From positions 124,001-188,000 of the forward strand of contig JBEUKZ010000018.1 in NCBI GenBank assembly GCA_048128005.1: a stretch of DNA of 64,000 nt. The letters run 5' to 3'. Below are positions 36,482 through 47,913 of the stretch, one piece after another (position 1 is the first letter of the stretch; each line of letters opens with the position of its first letter). A program made the position numbers and the translations under genes. The notes under the pieces are model-generated. The model ran no database searches. It was not told the DNA's origin and saw nothing but the letters and a program-made list of their open reading frames with translations. This DNA comes from Veleropilina oligotropha (lineage: Eukaryota).

Positions 36482-38302
36482 ATGGTGCATTGCAGTGTTT
36501 CCGGGTGCAGACAGAAAATCCGTGGTTTTGACAGGCACTCCGAATGCACTATTCACCGTGTTTGTTTTAGTGATAAAACGCATCCGTGTGAGCATTGTTT
36601 ATTATTGACGAATCGGCAGTGGGAGATTCTTTTCCCAACGGAGAAAACGACCAGGGCATCTTCTCCCGATGGGACAGCCACCGAGAAGCTTCAGAGATTA
36701 GAGACAGGCTTTGATTCTATTCTTTCTGTTTCAGATCCTCTCGGTGATAGCCGTGTTGGGACAGCGGCTATCGCGGGATCCGCCGTCGGAACCTCTGAGA
36801 CTTTGGGGAAAGTCCCAGAAACTTCGTCGGGGTCCATGGTTCAGGTACAGGCCCGAGTGCAGTCCGACTCCTCTCCTTTGGGCCTAGTAACCGTATGGAC
36901 TGTGGTCGCAGTCCTACGGGCCGTTCGCACCAGTTAACGAGCCTTCGGGCCGATTCCCTGGTAGCGGTTTCCCGACAGGTACCCCGAGACCCTGGTTCTC
37001 GGCTCCACCTGTCCGTGCAGCCCGTCCACCAAGCGCTACGGTAACCTCGAGCGGACCAATGGCTGTTGGTCCGACGTCCGTCATGCCTCCGGGTTTCTCG
37101 TTCGAGAACGTCCAGGCTATGATTGCGGCGGAAGTCGAGTCACGTTGTAGGTCCTGGCAACCGGCTACCCAGCCGCCCCAGGTCCCAGCGTCTCTGACCG
37201 TAATGCCGGGCTCGGCTCATGTTTCGGTGATGGAAGTAGATTCTCGTTCCGACGAGGACACCACTTCTACTCACTCTGACCTCCCTGAATCGGTCGGACC
37301 AGACGACTCTTGTAGTCTTTCTGGCACACATGAAGCCGTCTCCGCCACCCGCCGAAGGTACGACGCTGTCGCTTCGCGTCGCTTCGCGGAGTGCTTGACT
37401 TGCTCGACCCGGCCCTGCCGGTAAGCGTAGTCAGGCACAGGACAGCGGCACGTCGGTTTGTTGGGACGGAAGCCCCCCTGCTTCCTACCCTCCCCCAGTC
37501 TGGGTTGGTCTCGCTCGTCCTTGACTCGGCGACCAAATCCATTCAGGGGTCCAAATCGGTGGAGACTTCCACTTTAACGGAGTACCCTAGTGGTCTGCGT
37601 AAGGGAAGATACCTCCGGCCCAGTAGGCGTCCGATTCCGATCGGGTGCTCTGGGACGTGTCTGGCGACTGAGCCAGTTCAGATCGATGCAGCGATGCGTC
37701 GGCTGTCGGCCAGCACAGCTCCCTCGGTAGTCAAAGTCCCATGGGCCGCCATGGAGGGCTTTGAGAGCTCCGCCCGTCGAGCTCTACGGCATTCCTCCAT
37801 CCAGGATTTCTTCTTGGACGGAGCTATTACCGTGCTACAAGAGGATGGACCCCGCGCTCGAGAGATCGCACTGTCCTTCCTCGAAGAGGTTGCCGCCTCC
37901 ACGGAGAACTCCGCGTCGGAGTCAGCCCGATCCTTAGGTAACGCTGTCCTACTTCATAGAGACGCGTGCCTAGACGGCACCACGTTAGACGACGCCACCC
38001 GGCAGTCTCTACGTTGCGTACCGCTGTCGGCCTCGACTCTCTTCGGAGACAAATTCACCGAATTTGTCGAGAAGCGAGCGGCCGACCTAAAGGATCGCTC
38101 GATTGAGAAGGCAGTCTTGGCTACTCCTCGCAGTACGCCGGCTGCTGCCTCAAGGAAGCGCTCGGGACCGTCCCGGTCCCATAAGCCTTCCAAGTGTGCC
38201 AAACCTTCGCATAGTGGGCCTCCTCAGGCCAAGAAATCTACTGCGAAAAAGGCACCTCCGACGAAATCCCGTCAGAGCGGGAGAGGGAAGCCGCGGCCCT
38301 AG
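36482..38302 (+). pseudogene. B2 gag with ~446-bp internal deletion and frameshifts
   Basis: The junction near 36893 joins B1-equivalent positions 19406 and 19853. A short duplication (gtcgcttcgcgtcgcttcgc) lies at ~37370-37390. Confidence 0.88.
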
Positions 38303-40376
38303 GGTTGCCGGCGCTCGCGACGAGCCCAGTTGCACGCTTCCGCCGGTGGGAGCGTGTCTGTTAGAGTACAGCCTGTCCTGGCTAGAAATGACAGAGGACA
38401 ACTGGGTTCACTCAGTCGTGAGTGCCGGATACATGTTGGCATTCGACCGGCATCCAACCCTAGACGCGACACCACCACCAGGACGCGCTTGTCTCCTAAT
38501 AAGAGAAAAACAAGCCGTCCTAGACCAGGCAGTGCGGGACTTACTCTCAAAAAGAGCGATTTATCCCGCGCCGCCCAGCACACCAGGATATTACAGCCAC
38601 TTTTTCCTGGTCCCGAAACCCGATGGCCGTTGGCGACCGATCCTCGATCTGTCATTCCTCAACCAGTATCTTCGTACCGAGAAGTTCAAGCAAGAAACAC
38701 TCTCGAAGATACGAATGGCCATCCGTCCGGGCGACTGGGCAGCGTCTATCGACTTGACCGATGCGTACCTACACGTTCCGATGCACGTCTCGGCTCACCG
38801 GTACCTACAGTTTGTCCACGGGGGAACGGTCTACCAATTCAGGTGTCTACCGTTCGGTCTATCGTCAGCCCCGTACGTCTTCACGCGGGTAGTACAGGCT
38901 CTCGGGGCCTTCCTACACTCGCAAGGGCACAGAGTACACATGTCCCTCGACGACTGGTTGATTCTCGGGGCGTCCCGGGATCAGTGCCTCCAGTCTATGA
39001 GCGTTACCCTGTCATCGGCGAAGCGCCTAGGATTACAGATCAACAACGAGAAATCCTGCTTCGTGCCCTCGACGACGTTTACATTTCTAGGGGTCGAATT
39101 CGACACGGTCCGGTACACCGCGAAACCGACTCAGAAACGTATAGAGAACCTACGCGCAGTTATACTGAAAACGAAGTCTTCACGGATAACTACAGCGCGA
39201 CGACTGGCCACTGTCCTAGGGCACATCGAGTCGGTAGCTCCCCTGTTACCGACGGGTCGCATGGACAAGCGACCGTTGCAGCAGGCCTTCAAGGACCGCT
39301 GGATACAACGTACGGGACAGTGGACGGATCGCATTGATCTACGGCATTGGTTCACTCGCACGACAGCAGTGTGGCTGAAGACTACCCTGCCGAGTCAGTC
39401 GGTTCCGATATCCCCCCCAGACCCGAACGCCTACCTCTTCACGGACGCGTCAAACGAGGGCTGGGGAGGTCACCTCGACAGTCACGAGACATCGGGCCTA
39501 TGGCCGACGGACCTTCAGGGACGACACATCAACTTCCTAGAGTTAGAAGCCGTCTACCTGTCAGTACGGTCCCTCTCGTCACATCTCCGCAACAAGCACA
39601 TAATGCTAGCAACGGACAACACGACTGTCGTCGCTTACATTCAGCACCAGGGCAGGACTCGCTCCCGTCCACTTTGCGACCGAGCGATCGACCTACACCG
39701 CCTAGTGATGTCACTCAACTCGACAATTCGAGCCCGACACATCCCGGGGAAGCTGAATGTCAGAGCGGATACGCTCTCACGGAAAACACAGATAATACAC
39801 ACAGAGTGGACGCTACACGCCCGTGTAGCCCGAGATGTCTGTCGCCTGTGGTCGCAGCCTCAAGTCGATCTATTCGCAACCGAATACAATCACCGACTCC
39901 CTCTCTATGTGTCTCCTTACCCGGACCCGGCCGCTATAGCGGTCGACGCTCTGTCAATGACATGGGAGAATCTGATCGCCTACGCCTTTCCGCCGTCGTG
40001 CATGTTGCCACAAGTACTACGGAAAGCAACACGCGAAGACTGCGAGTTGACGCTAATAGCACCCCTACAACGCACGCAGTCCTGGTTTCCGACACTTCTG
40101 GATCAACTCATCGATCAGCCACTTGCGCTCCCGCAGATGACAGACCTGTTATCGCAACCGCGCAGTCGGGTTCTACACCCGTCGGCGAACGAGTTTCACT
40201 TTCACGCCTGGCGACTATCGAGTGATCGCTCATTAAGAAAGGATTTTCTAGAGCGACAGCCCAGCGCATCTACCGATCTAGAAGGCCATCTACAACAAAG
40301 GTATACGACTACCGATGGAAGAAATTTGTGGATTGGTGTCGCGGGCGGCAAGTCAATATATTCCGCCCCCCTGTGA
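38103..40376 (+). CDS. B2 pol: RT-RNaseH-MTase, open frame with YLDD changed to SLDD
   Basis: Near-identical to B1 pol; reads atg tcc ctc gac gac at ~38940-38954. Confidence 0.88.
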   Translation: MRRQSWLLLAVRRLLPQGSARDRPGPISLPSVPNLRIVGLLRPRNLLRKRHLRRNPVRAGEGSRGPRVAGARDEPSCTLPPVGACLLEYSLSWLEMTEDNWVHSVVSAGYMLAFDRHPTLDATPPPGRACLLIREKQAVLDQAVRDLLSKRAIYPAPPSTPGYYSHFFLVPKPDGRWRPILDLSFLNQYLRTEKFKQETLSKIRMAIRPGDWAASIDLTDAYLHVPMHVSAHRYLQFVHGGTVYQFRCLPFGLSSAPYVFTRVVQALGAFLHSQGHRVHMSLDDWLILGASRDQCLQSMSVTLSSAKRLGLQINNEKSCFVPSTTFTFLGVEFDTVRYTAKPTQKRIENLRAVILKTKSSRITTARRLATVLGHIESVAPLLPTGRMDKRPLQQAFKDRWIQRTGQWTDRIDLRHWFTRTTAVWLKTTLPSQSVPISPPDPNAYLFTDASNEGWGGHLDSHETSGLWPTDLQGRHINFLELEAVYLSVRSLSSHLRNKHIMLATDNTTVVAYIQHQGRTRSRPLCDRAIDLHRLVMSLNSTIRARHIPGKLNVRADTLSRKTQIIHTEWTLHARVARDVCRLWSQPQVDLFATEYNHRLPLYVSPYPDPAAIAVDALSMTWENLIAYAFPPSCMLPQVLRKATREDCELTLIAPLQRTQSWFPTLLDQLIDQPLALPQMTDLLSQPRSRVLHPSANEFHFHAWRLSSDRSLRKDFLERQPSASTDLEGHLQQRYTTTDGRNLWIGVAGGKSIYSAPL

Positions 40377-41290
40377 CAAAATTTATCGAGTTTTTGTCGT
40401 CGTTGCTCGAACGTGGAATGTCCATTTCCGCTGTCAAAGGCTACCGATCATGCGTAGCAACAACGTTACGGCAATGCCGCGAGCACACCCGCTTGTCTAC
40501 CGACAAAACAATATCGGATTTTATACGCTCCTACCAACTCGAACGACCCGCTCAGCAGGTGCGGCCGCCTGCGTGGAATATCATGTTGATTCTCAATGCT
40601 TTACTTAGATGCCCGTTCGAACCTATGAGTGAATGCTCCCTCAAAAATCTCACTTATAAGACCGTATTACTTACCGCTCTCGCCACCGGTAATCGGGCAT
40701 CGGAGATACACGCATTATCCGGAGAGCTGCGAGATATACACTTCCACTCCGATGGGTCGTTGACGCTGCATACGGTCCTTGGCTTCTTAGCGAAGACACA
40801 AAGACCTGAAGATATCTGTCCCGAGGTTTGTATCCGTAACCTCTCCATGTTGGGTAGAGACGATATCGACCGGCTGAACTGCCCCGTTCGTGCGCTGAGA
40901 TTCTATCTGGACAGGACCCGTGACCTACGGCACGGCAAAAAGCGTTTATTCATAAGCCACATGTCCCAATTCAACCGCGACATTCGCAAGTCGACTGTAC
41001 CACGTTGGATAGTCTCTGTTGTAAAAGAAATTTACAAGCGGTCCGACGAGCCAGATCGAGATCTCGTTTCAATTCACGCGCATGAAACACGGGCCTTAGC
41101 GACCTCCTTGGCCTTCAAGTATAATTTAAATATCAATGCAATCTTGAAGGCTGGTTACTGGAAGAGTGCTAATACCTTTGTTCGCTTTTACCTGCGTGAT
41201 TACGCAACCACGGCATCTGGCGAACATAGCATTTCCTTTGTCGCAGCAAATCAGCAATGCATTAGAGGATCTAGGTCATCCTTTCAGTAA
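38303..41290 (+). pseudogene. B2 ORF3: YR core intact (~40226-41290), upstream overlapping extension broken by two stops
   Basis: All YR catalytic motifs are present (R, HETR, GYW, Y). TGA codons lie at 39335-39337 and 40223-40225. Confidence 0.87.
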
Positions 41291-42700
41291 ATGGTAAAAC
41301 TTTAAAAAGGATTATTACCAGGGAACTGAGGTAATGTAATGTATTTCTATTCGTGTACATTGTAACACACTGACTTAAAATTTATTTCAATGTTATTTCT
41401 TTTCTTAATTCATTAAGAAATTGAAATTATCTAGTCATAACTGAGTTAATATGACATTAATGCTCACATTGGATGCAAACATGAGGTTTTAAGGTAAACC
41501 TAATATTAGTTAAAACATACTTACGTCCTTACTCTTGCCATAATAGTCATATTATCGCTAACCGGAAACAGTGAATAAAGTCACATTTATGCACTAATTA
41601 AGTCAAAACATACCACGATCACCTCCCCTGCTTCCCCTCTCTAAGTTCCTCCAGCGAGATCTCGCCAAGTCTCGCGAGACATCCGGGCTATCAAGTCACC
41701 AGACATCAATTCAAAGTTCAGAACCCCAAAGGAACTTAGCAGAGGGGAGGAATGCGAAGCAGGGTGGGTAATCGTGGTAAGGACGTAAGTATGTTTTAAC
41801 TAATATTAGGTTTACCTTAAAACCTCATATGTAGTTACAAACTTACTTACGTCCTTACTCTTGCCAGAATAACCTTGGATAGGTGGGTAAGAAGTTCCTT
41901 ACAGCAAACCCAAACAAGATAATGACTTACTTTTCACCATGTCAATCAGCTCGAAGCGTCGATTGTGTCCGCCCAGAGTGGAATTTACTGAGAATTATAT
42001 TCAACTCTTACCAAGCGAGAATTTCGACCAGTGTTACCGGGAGAATACGCCGTGGTGTTAGACGGACGAGGTGAACGGAAGTGCAATCAGCCCCAGGCAC
42101 GGCCGGAAGGATGAATCCCTGTAGGTCTTACGTGTCATGGGCCAGTGGCAGCCAAATGGTACTCCTGGCCAAAGGCCGGTAGCCAGAGGATGCAGTCGGA
42201 TTTGTAAGCACACGGAACCTAATAGGTTGTGAAAGCGTGAAATCAAAAGCAAAGAATTAATAGATTAAATAAATAATCGATATTAATAATTGATTCGCAT
42301 GACCAACTTGCGAAACGCTAACATGTACGACATGTCACTTAAAATAAATTTTTAAGGAAGCAAATATGTACGACATGTTACTTAAAATAAATTTGAAGGA
42401 AGCAAATATTAAATTTTTGCAATGTCCTGAACATCGTATGGTCTATACAGCATAGAACATCAATAATATTGAACCTCAAATCTTATAAGATTTTTGCAAT
42501 ATATTTGTTTATTAAATTCAATGTAATCTGGATTGTCAATATACTCAGAAATGACATGAAGTACAAAATCTTAAAATGTTTTTAAGAAATGAACAGACAT
42601 TGAATCGCCTCATATTGTGTCTATTTCATAGAACAACTAGGCCAACAAATAACAATGCGTCAGCATGAATTATGTAAATTGATCAATCAACAAATAACAC

Positions 42701-45568
42701 TCACTGATTAGACGACCTCGGTCTAACAATACAACGTTGAGCAGCCACGCATTGTAGGGTGCTCAACCCGTCAGCCCCGGTTGAATAGTCCCGCAGATAA
42801 TACTTAACGAAGACATTAGCGGTTTTCCAGTAACCCGCTTGAAGCAACGCTGTAATATTTAAATTATGTCGGAAGGCAATGGACGCAGCAATTGCACGGA
42901 CCTCGTGCGCGCGCACGGATAAAATAGTGCGGTCTACTTCTTCACAGCGAGAGTACACATCTCTCACCACCTGTGAAATCCACCGCGAAACAGTAGTCTT
43001 AGTAATGTCGTGGGTGAAGGAAGGTAAATACGAAATGAATAAACGCAATTTCCCTTGCCGTAAATCACGGGTTCTGTCGAGGTAGAAGCGCAGGGCCCGT
43101 ACGGGGCAATTTAACCGGTCTTCATCATGCCTTCCGACCAGCGTAAGCTTGGGAATAATAATATCAGGTGCGTCCTCGTTCGGCCGTTGGTTCTTGGCGA
43201 GGAAGCCCAGAACAGGACGCAGCATCACCGACCCGTCTGACTGGAATCTAATATCACGGAGCTCGGCGGATAAGCTATGAATCTCGGAACAACGCCTGCC
43301 CGACGCTAAGGCGATCAGAAAAACTGTTTTGTGCGTTAAGTTCCTCATAGACACCGTGGACATCGGCTCGTACGGGGGTAAGTGTAGAGCGTTAAGAATT
43401 AGAACAATAATCCAGGCAGGTGGCCGAATGGTTCAGGTCGGCATTTCGAGTTCGTAGGATCGAATAAAATCTGAAATCGTACGGTCGTTAGAGAGGCCAG
43501 CATGGGCACGACACTGTTTTAACGTGGTCGCGATCGTTGCCCGATAGCCTTTGACGGCGGACACTGACATACCGCGGTCGAAGAGCGACGATAAAAACTC
43601 GATAAATTTGTTCACAGGGGGACGGAGTATATTGACCTGCCTGCTGTGACACCAATCCACGTACTTAACCCATCGGTAGTCATAAACTTTTGTCGTGGAA
43701 AGCCTTCTCGATCGGTATATGCGTAGGGCTGTTGCGTGAGAAAATCCTTTCTTAGCAAGGGATCGTTCGATAACCGCCAGGCGTGTAAACGTAAGTCGTT
43801 CGGCGATTCGTGGAGTACACGGGTGCGCGGCTGCATTAACAGGTCCAGTTTCTGCGGTAGCGCTAACGGTCGATCGACGATCAGATCGAGGAGGGTCGGA
43901 AACCAAGGTTGCGTGCGATACAGGGGCGCTATTAGCGTTATCTCGCAACGTTCGTTCGATGCCTTCTGTAGTACCAGTGATAGAATGCACGACGGGGGGA
44001 AGGCATACGCAGACAGATTCTCCCATGTCATTGACAGTGCGTCGACCGCTAGGGCGGCCGGGTCCGGGTACGGGGAGACATACAGAGGTAGTCGGTAATT
44101 GAACTGTGTTGCAAACAGATCGACTTGGGGTTGCGACCACCGGCGGCAAACATCCCGAGCTACTCGGCTGTGTAGCGTCCACTCTGTGTGTATTATCTGT
44201 GATTTCCGAGAGAGCGAATCCGCTCTGACATTCAGCTTTCCCGGGATGTGTCGGGCTCGAATCGTCGAGTTGAGGGACATCACTAGGCGGTGTAGGTCTA
44301 TTGCTCGGTCGCAAAGGGGACGCGAGCGAGTGCCGCCCTGGTGCTGGATGTAAGCGACGACAGTCGTGTTGTCCGTGGCGAGCATTATATGCTTGTTGCG
44401 GAGATGTGACGAGAGGGACCGTACTGACAGGTAGACGGCTTCTAACTCTAGGAAGTTGATGTGTCGTCCCTGAAGGTCCGTCGGCCATAGGCCTGATGTC
44501 TCGTAACTGTCGAGGTGACCACCCCAGCCGTCGTTCGAAGCGTCTGTGAACAGGTAAGCGTTCGGCTCTGGCGGGGATATAGGAACCGACTGGTCCGGCA
44601 AAGCAGGGTTCAACCACACTGCTGTTGTGCTGGTAAACCAATGCCGTAGATCGATGCGATCCGTCCACTGCCCCGTCCGTTGTATCCAGCGATCCCTGAA
44701 CGCCTGCTGCAACGGTCGTTTGTCCATGCGACCCGTCGGTAGCAGGGTCGCTACCGACTCGATGTGCCCTAGGACAGTGGCCAGTTGTCGCGCTGTAGTT
44801 ACGTCCGATGACAGGGTGTCTTGGATAACCGCGCGTAGGTTCCGCATACGCTTCTGGGTCGGCTTCGCGGTGTACCGGACCGTATCGAAGTCGACTCCGA
44901 GGAACGTAAACGTCGTCGAGGGCACGAAGCAGGATTTTGTCTCGTTGATCTGAAATCCCAGGCGCTTCGTCGATGACAGGGTAAAGCTTGTAGACCGGAG
45001 GCACAGATCCCGGGACGCCCCGAGGATCAGCCAGTCGTCGAGGTACATATGTACCCTGTGCCCTAGAGAGTGTAGGAAGGCCCCTAGGGCCTGTACTGTT
45101 CTCGTGAAGACGTAAGGGGCTGACGATAGACCGAACGGTAGGCACCTGAATTGGTAGATCGTCTCCCCGTGTATAAACCGAAGGTACTGATGAGCCGTGA
45201 CATGCATCGGGACATGCAGATACGCGTCGGTCAGATCGATAGACGCTGCCCAGTCGCCCGGACGGATGGCCGCTCGAATCTTCGAGAGGGTTTCTTGCTG
45301 GAATTTCTCGGTACGAAGATATCGGTTGAGATATGAGAGATCGAGGATCGGTCTCCAGCGGCCATCGGGTTTCGGGACCAGGAAGAAATGGCTGTAAAAT
45401 CCTGGTGTGCTGGGCGGCGCGGGATATATCGCTCTTTTTAGGAGCAAATCCTGCACTGCCTGGTCTAAGACCGCTTGTTTCTCTCCGTTTAGGAGGCGAG
45501 CGTGTCTTGGTGGTGGTGCCTCGTTTAGGGTCGGATGCCGGTTGAACCAACTTGTATCCGGCACTCAC
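42701..45568 (-). pseudogene. A2 ORF3/tyrosine recombinase, frameshifted around 43410-43435
   Basis: ORF 43433-45568 plus catalytic ORF 42701-43363 (SGRRCSEI, AHEVRA, GYW, YYLR). Confidence 0.88.
43612..45564 (-). CDS. A2 pol: RT-RNaseH-MTase (5' end disrupted by indels)
   Basis: 650-aa open frame with YLDD, FTDAS and YAFPP. Confidence 0.9.
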   Translation of the reverse strand: MPDTSWFNRHPTLNEAPPPRHARLLNGEKQAVLDQAVQDLLLKRAIYPAPPSTPGFYSHFFLVPKPDGRWRPILDLSYLNRYLRTEKFQQETLSKIRAAIRPGDWAASIDLTDAYLHVPMHVTAHQYLRFIHGETIYQFRCLPFGLSSAPYVFTRTVQALGAFLHSLGHRVHMYLDDWLILGASRDLCLRSTSFTLSSTKRLGFQINETKSCFVPSTTFTFLGVDFDTVRYTAKPTQKRMRNLRAVIQDTLSSDVTTARQLATVLGHIESVATLLPTGRMDKRPLQQAFRDRWIQRTGQWTDRIDLRHWFTSTTAVWLNPALPDQSVPISPPEPNAYLFTDASNDGWGGHLDSYETSGLWPTDLQGRHINFLELEAVYLSVRSLSSHLRNKHIMLATDNTTVVAYIQHQGGTRSRPLCDRAIDLHRLVMSLNSTIRARHIPGKLNVRADSLSRKSQIIHTEWTLHSRVARDVCRRWSQPQVDLFATQFNYRLPLYVSPYPDPAALAVDALSMTWENLSAYAFPPSCILSLVLQKASNERCEITLIAPLYRTQPWFPTLLDLIVDRPLALPQKLDLLMQPRTRVLHESPNDLRLHAWRLSNDPLLRKDFLTQQPYAYTDREGFPRQKFMTTDGLSTWIGVTAGRSIYSVPL

Positions 45569-45681
45569 GACGGAGGGACCCAGCTACTGTCTGGTAGTCT
45601 AGCCACGGCTGGCTGTACGCTAACAGATACGCTTCCACCGGCGGAAGCGGGCAGCTGGGACTGTCGTGTGTGCCGGCAGCC

Positions 45682-47913
45682 CTAGGGCCGAGGCTTCCCT
45701 CTCCCGCTCTGACGGGAGCTTGTTGGAGGTGCTTGCCTCCTCGGAGTGGGTTAATGGCCGGGGGCCTACCACCCGAAGAGGGCTTTGCACGCTTGGAAGG
45801 CTTCGGGGTCCGGGTGGGCCCTGAGCGCTTCCTCGAGTCGGCAGGTGGACCCCGGGTAGGGTACAGTACCGCCTTCTCGATGGCACGGTCCTTCATGTCC
45901 GCCGCTCTCTTGTCGACGAACTCTGTAAAGTTGTCGCCAAAAAGAGAGGTGGCCGAGCAAGGCACGCATCGCAACGAGCGCCGGGTGGCCTCATCTAGCG
46001 CGGTGCCTTCAAGGTAAGCGACCCTACGAAGTAGGAGTGCGCTACCCAGGACACGTCCCGTCTCCAACGCGTTGGTCTCCATAACGGCAGCAACCTCCTG
46101 GAGGAAGGACAGGGCAGCCCACGGGCGCCGGGTCCATCCTCCTGTAATACGGCTATCGCCCCGTCTAGGAAAAATCCTGAACGGACGACAGCCGCAGAGC
46201 CCATCGGGCGGAGCTCTCGAAAGCTTCCAAGGCGAACCCAGGAACTCTCGCTACAGAGGGAGTGTGACTGGCGGTCAGTCAACGCAACGCTGCGTCAACA
46301 CGAGCCGGCTCAGTCGCCAGGCACGGACCAGTACATGCGAACGGGATCGAACGCGAACTGGCCCGGAGGTACCTCCCACTACGGAACCCCGAAGGGTACT
46401 CGGTCAGTGGGGAGGACTCCACCGGATTGCGCCCCCGACTGAGCTTGGTTGTCGAGTCAACACCCGATCAACCAGCCCAGACTGAGGTAAGGAAGGAAGC
46501 AAGGGGGCTTCCTTCTCAACAAACCGATGCGCCGCCGTCCTGTGCTTGACCGGGCCTACATACGACCGAGTCGGTTCCGGCAGGTCAAGCACCCCGCGAA
46601 GTGACGCAACAGCGTCGAGTTCGGCGGGTGGTGGAGGTCGGCTCCTGCGTGCCTGGAAGACTACCAGCGTCTTCGGGCCCGACCGATACAGGGAGGTCGG
46701 AGTGAGTGGAGTCGAGGTCCTCGTCGGAACGAGGTTCGATCCCCACCACGGAGGCAGGAGCCGTGCTCTGCGCCACAGGCAGAGGTGTAGGTACCTGGAG
46801 CGGCTAGGAAGCCGGTTGCCAGGCCCGACATCGGGACTCGAACTCCGCCGCGAACATAGCCTGGACGTTCTCTAAAGAGAAACCCGGAGGCATGACGGGC
46901 GTCGAACTAACAGCCGGTAGTTCGGTCGAAGTCACCGTGGCGCTAGGTAGACGGGCTGCATGGACAGGTGTAGCCGAGAACCCTATTTTAGGGTCTCGGG
47001 ACACGTGTCGAGTGGTCGAACCCGAAAGAACGGCCCGAAGGCAGGTTCGGTGGGCCGGACGACCGGTAGGACTGCGGCAACAGTCCGTATCGGTCTACCA
47101 CTCTGTTCGAGAGAGGCACGGTCGGAAAACCGCTGTAGAACCCCGTCCCGAACACAGCCGGTCTGTCCACGTTCTCTAGCGTGACCATCGTGGGTGCACG
47201 GGAGAGAACGGGCCCTCTGAAAAGCTCGTGAGCATCGAGGTTGAGCGGAAAACCCTTAGGGGTAGTCGCGTCGGTCTCGAACGAGGATTCAGGTGTCGCC
47301 GATTGTCCGAGTCTTAGACCTACAAGTAGGTGCCCGGCCTCTTTAAAGGCTTTCTCATTGGGTCCCTCCCTATCGTAAAATAGGGAGTTTCCCGCAGAAG
47401 GACTAACTGTCCCCTTATTCTTCGAGGCCGAAGAAAAGGATGGGGATTGTCTGCCCTGTTCAGCGGTTCGCTGCGTTGCCAGATATACCTTGCTAGCCGG
47501 CAAGGTATGGTTGGCTGCAGTTACTAGGCCCGTTTTAGGAGGATCGAACAGCACTCGGGCTCCTACCTGAATCTAGGGTCCCGGCAAGGTTACGGCGACT
47601 CCCTTATGAGTCGCGGAGGTGACGCCGGTAGAGCCGGCGACAGACGGCCCCTTTGTAAGGTCGACTGTCGTCCAGCGGCCCCTGAAGTAGACAAAAAAAC
47701 GTTAATTCCCTTTAACCTACCATTTTGTCCAATCTCGGGGGAGAACCCACCGTGGTCCGCACCTCGGTGGATATACGCTCGCCCACTGCCTGCTGTTAAA
47801 TCTAGGCACAGTTCACATATATAAGACCTACTGTCAGTTACGGTGAACACGGCATTCCGTGCGCCTAGAAATCCGTGAAACTACGGGTTACACCCGGAGT
47901 TGCACCGGACCAT
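45682..47913 (-). pseudogene. A2 gag, heavily degraded by indels
   Basis: Several short ORFs (45525-46082, 46404-46592, 46585-46776, 46988-47554) each match consecutive parts of A1 gag. Confidence 0.88.
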
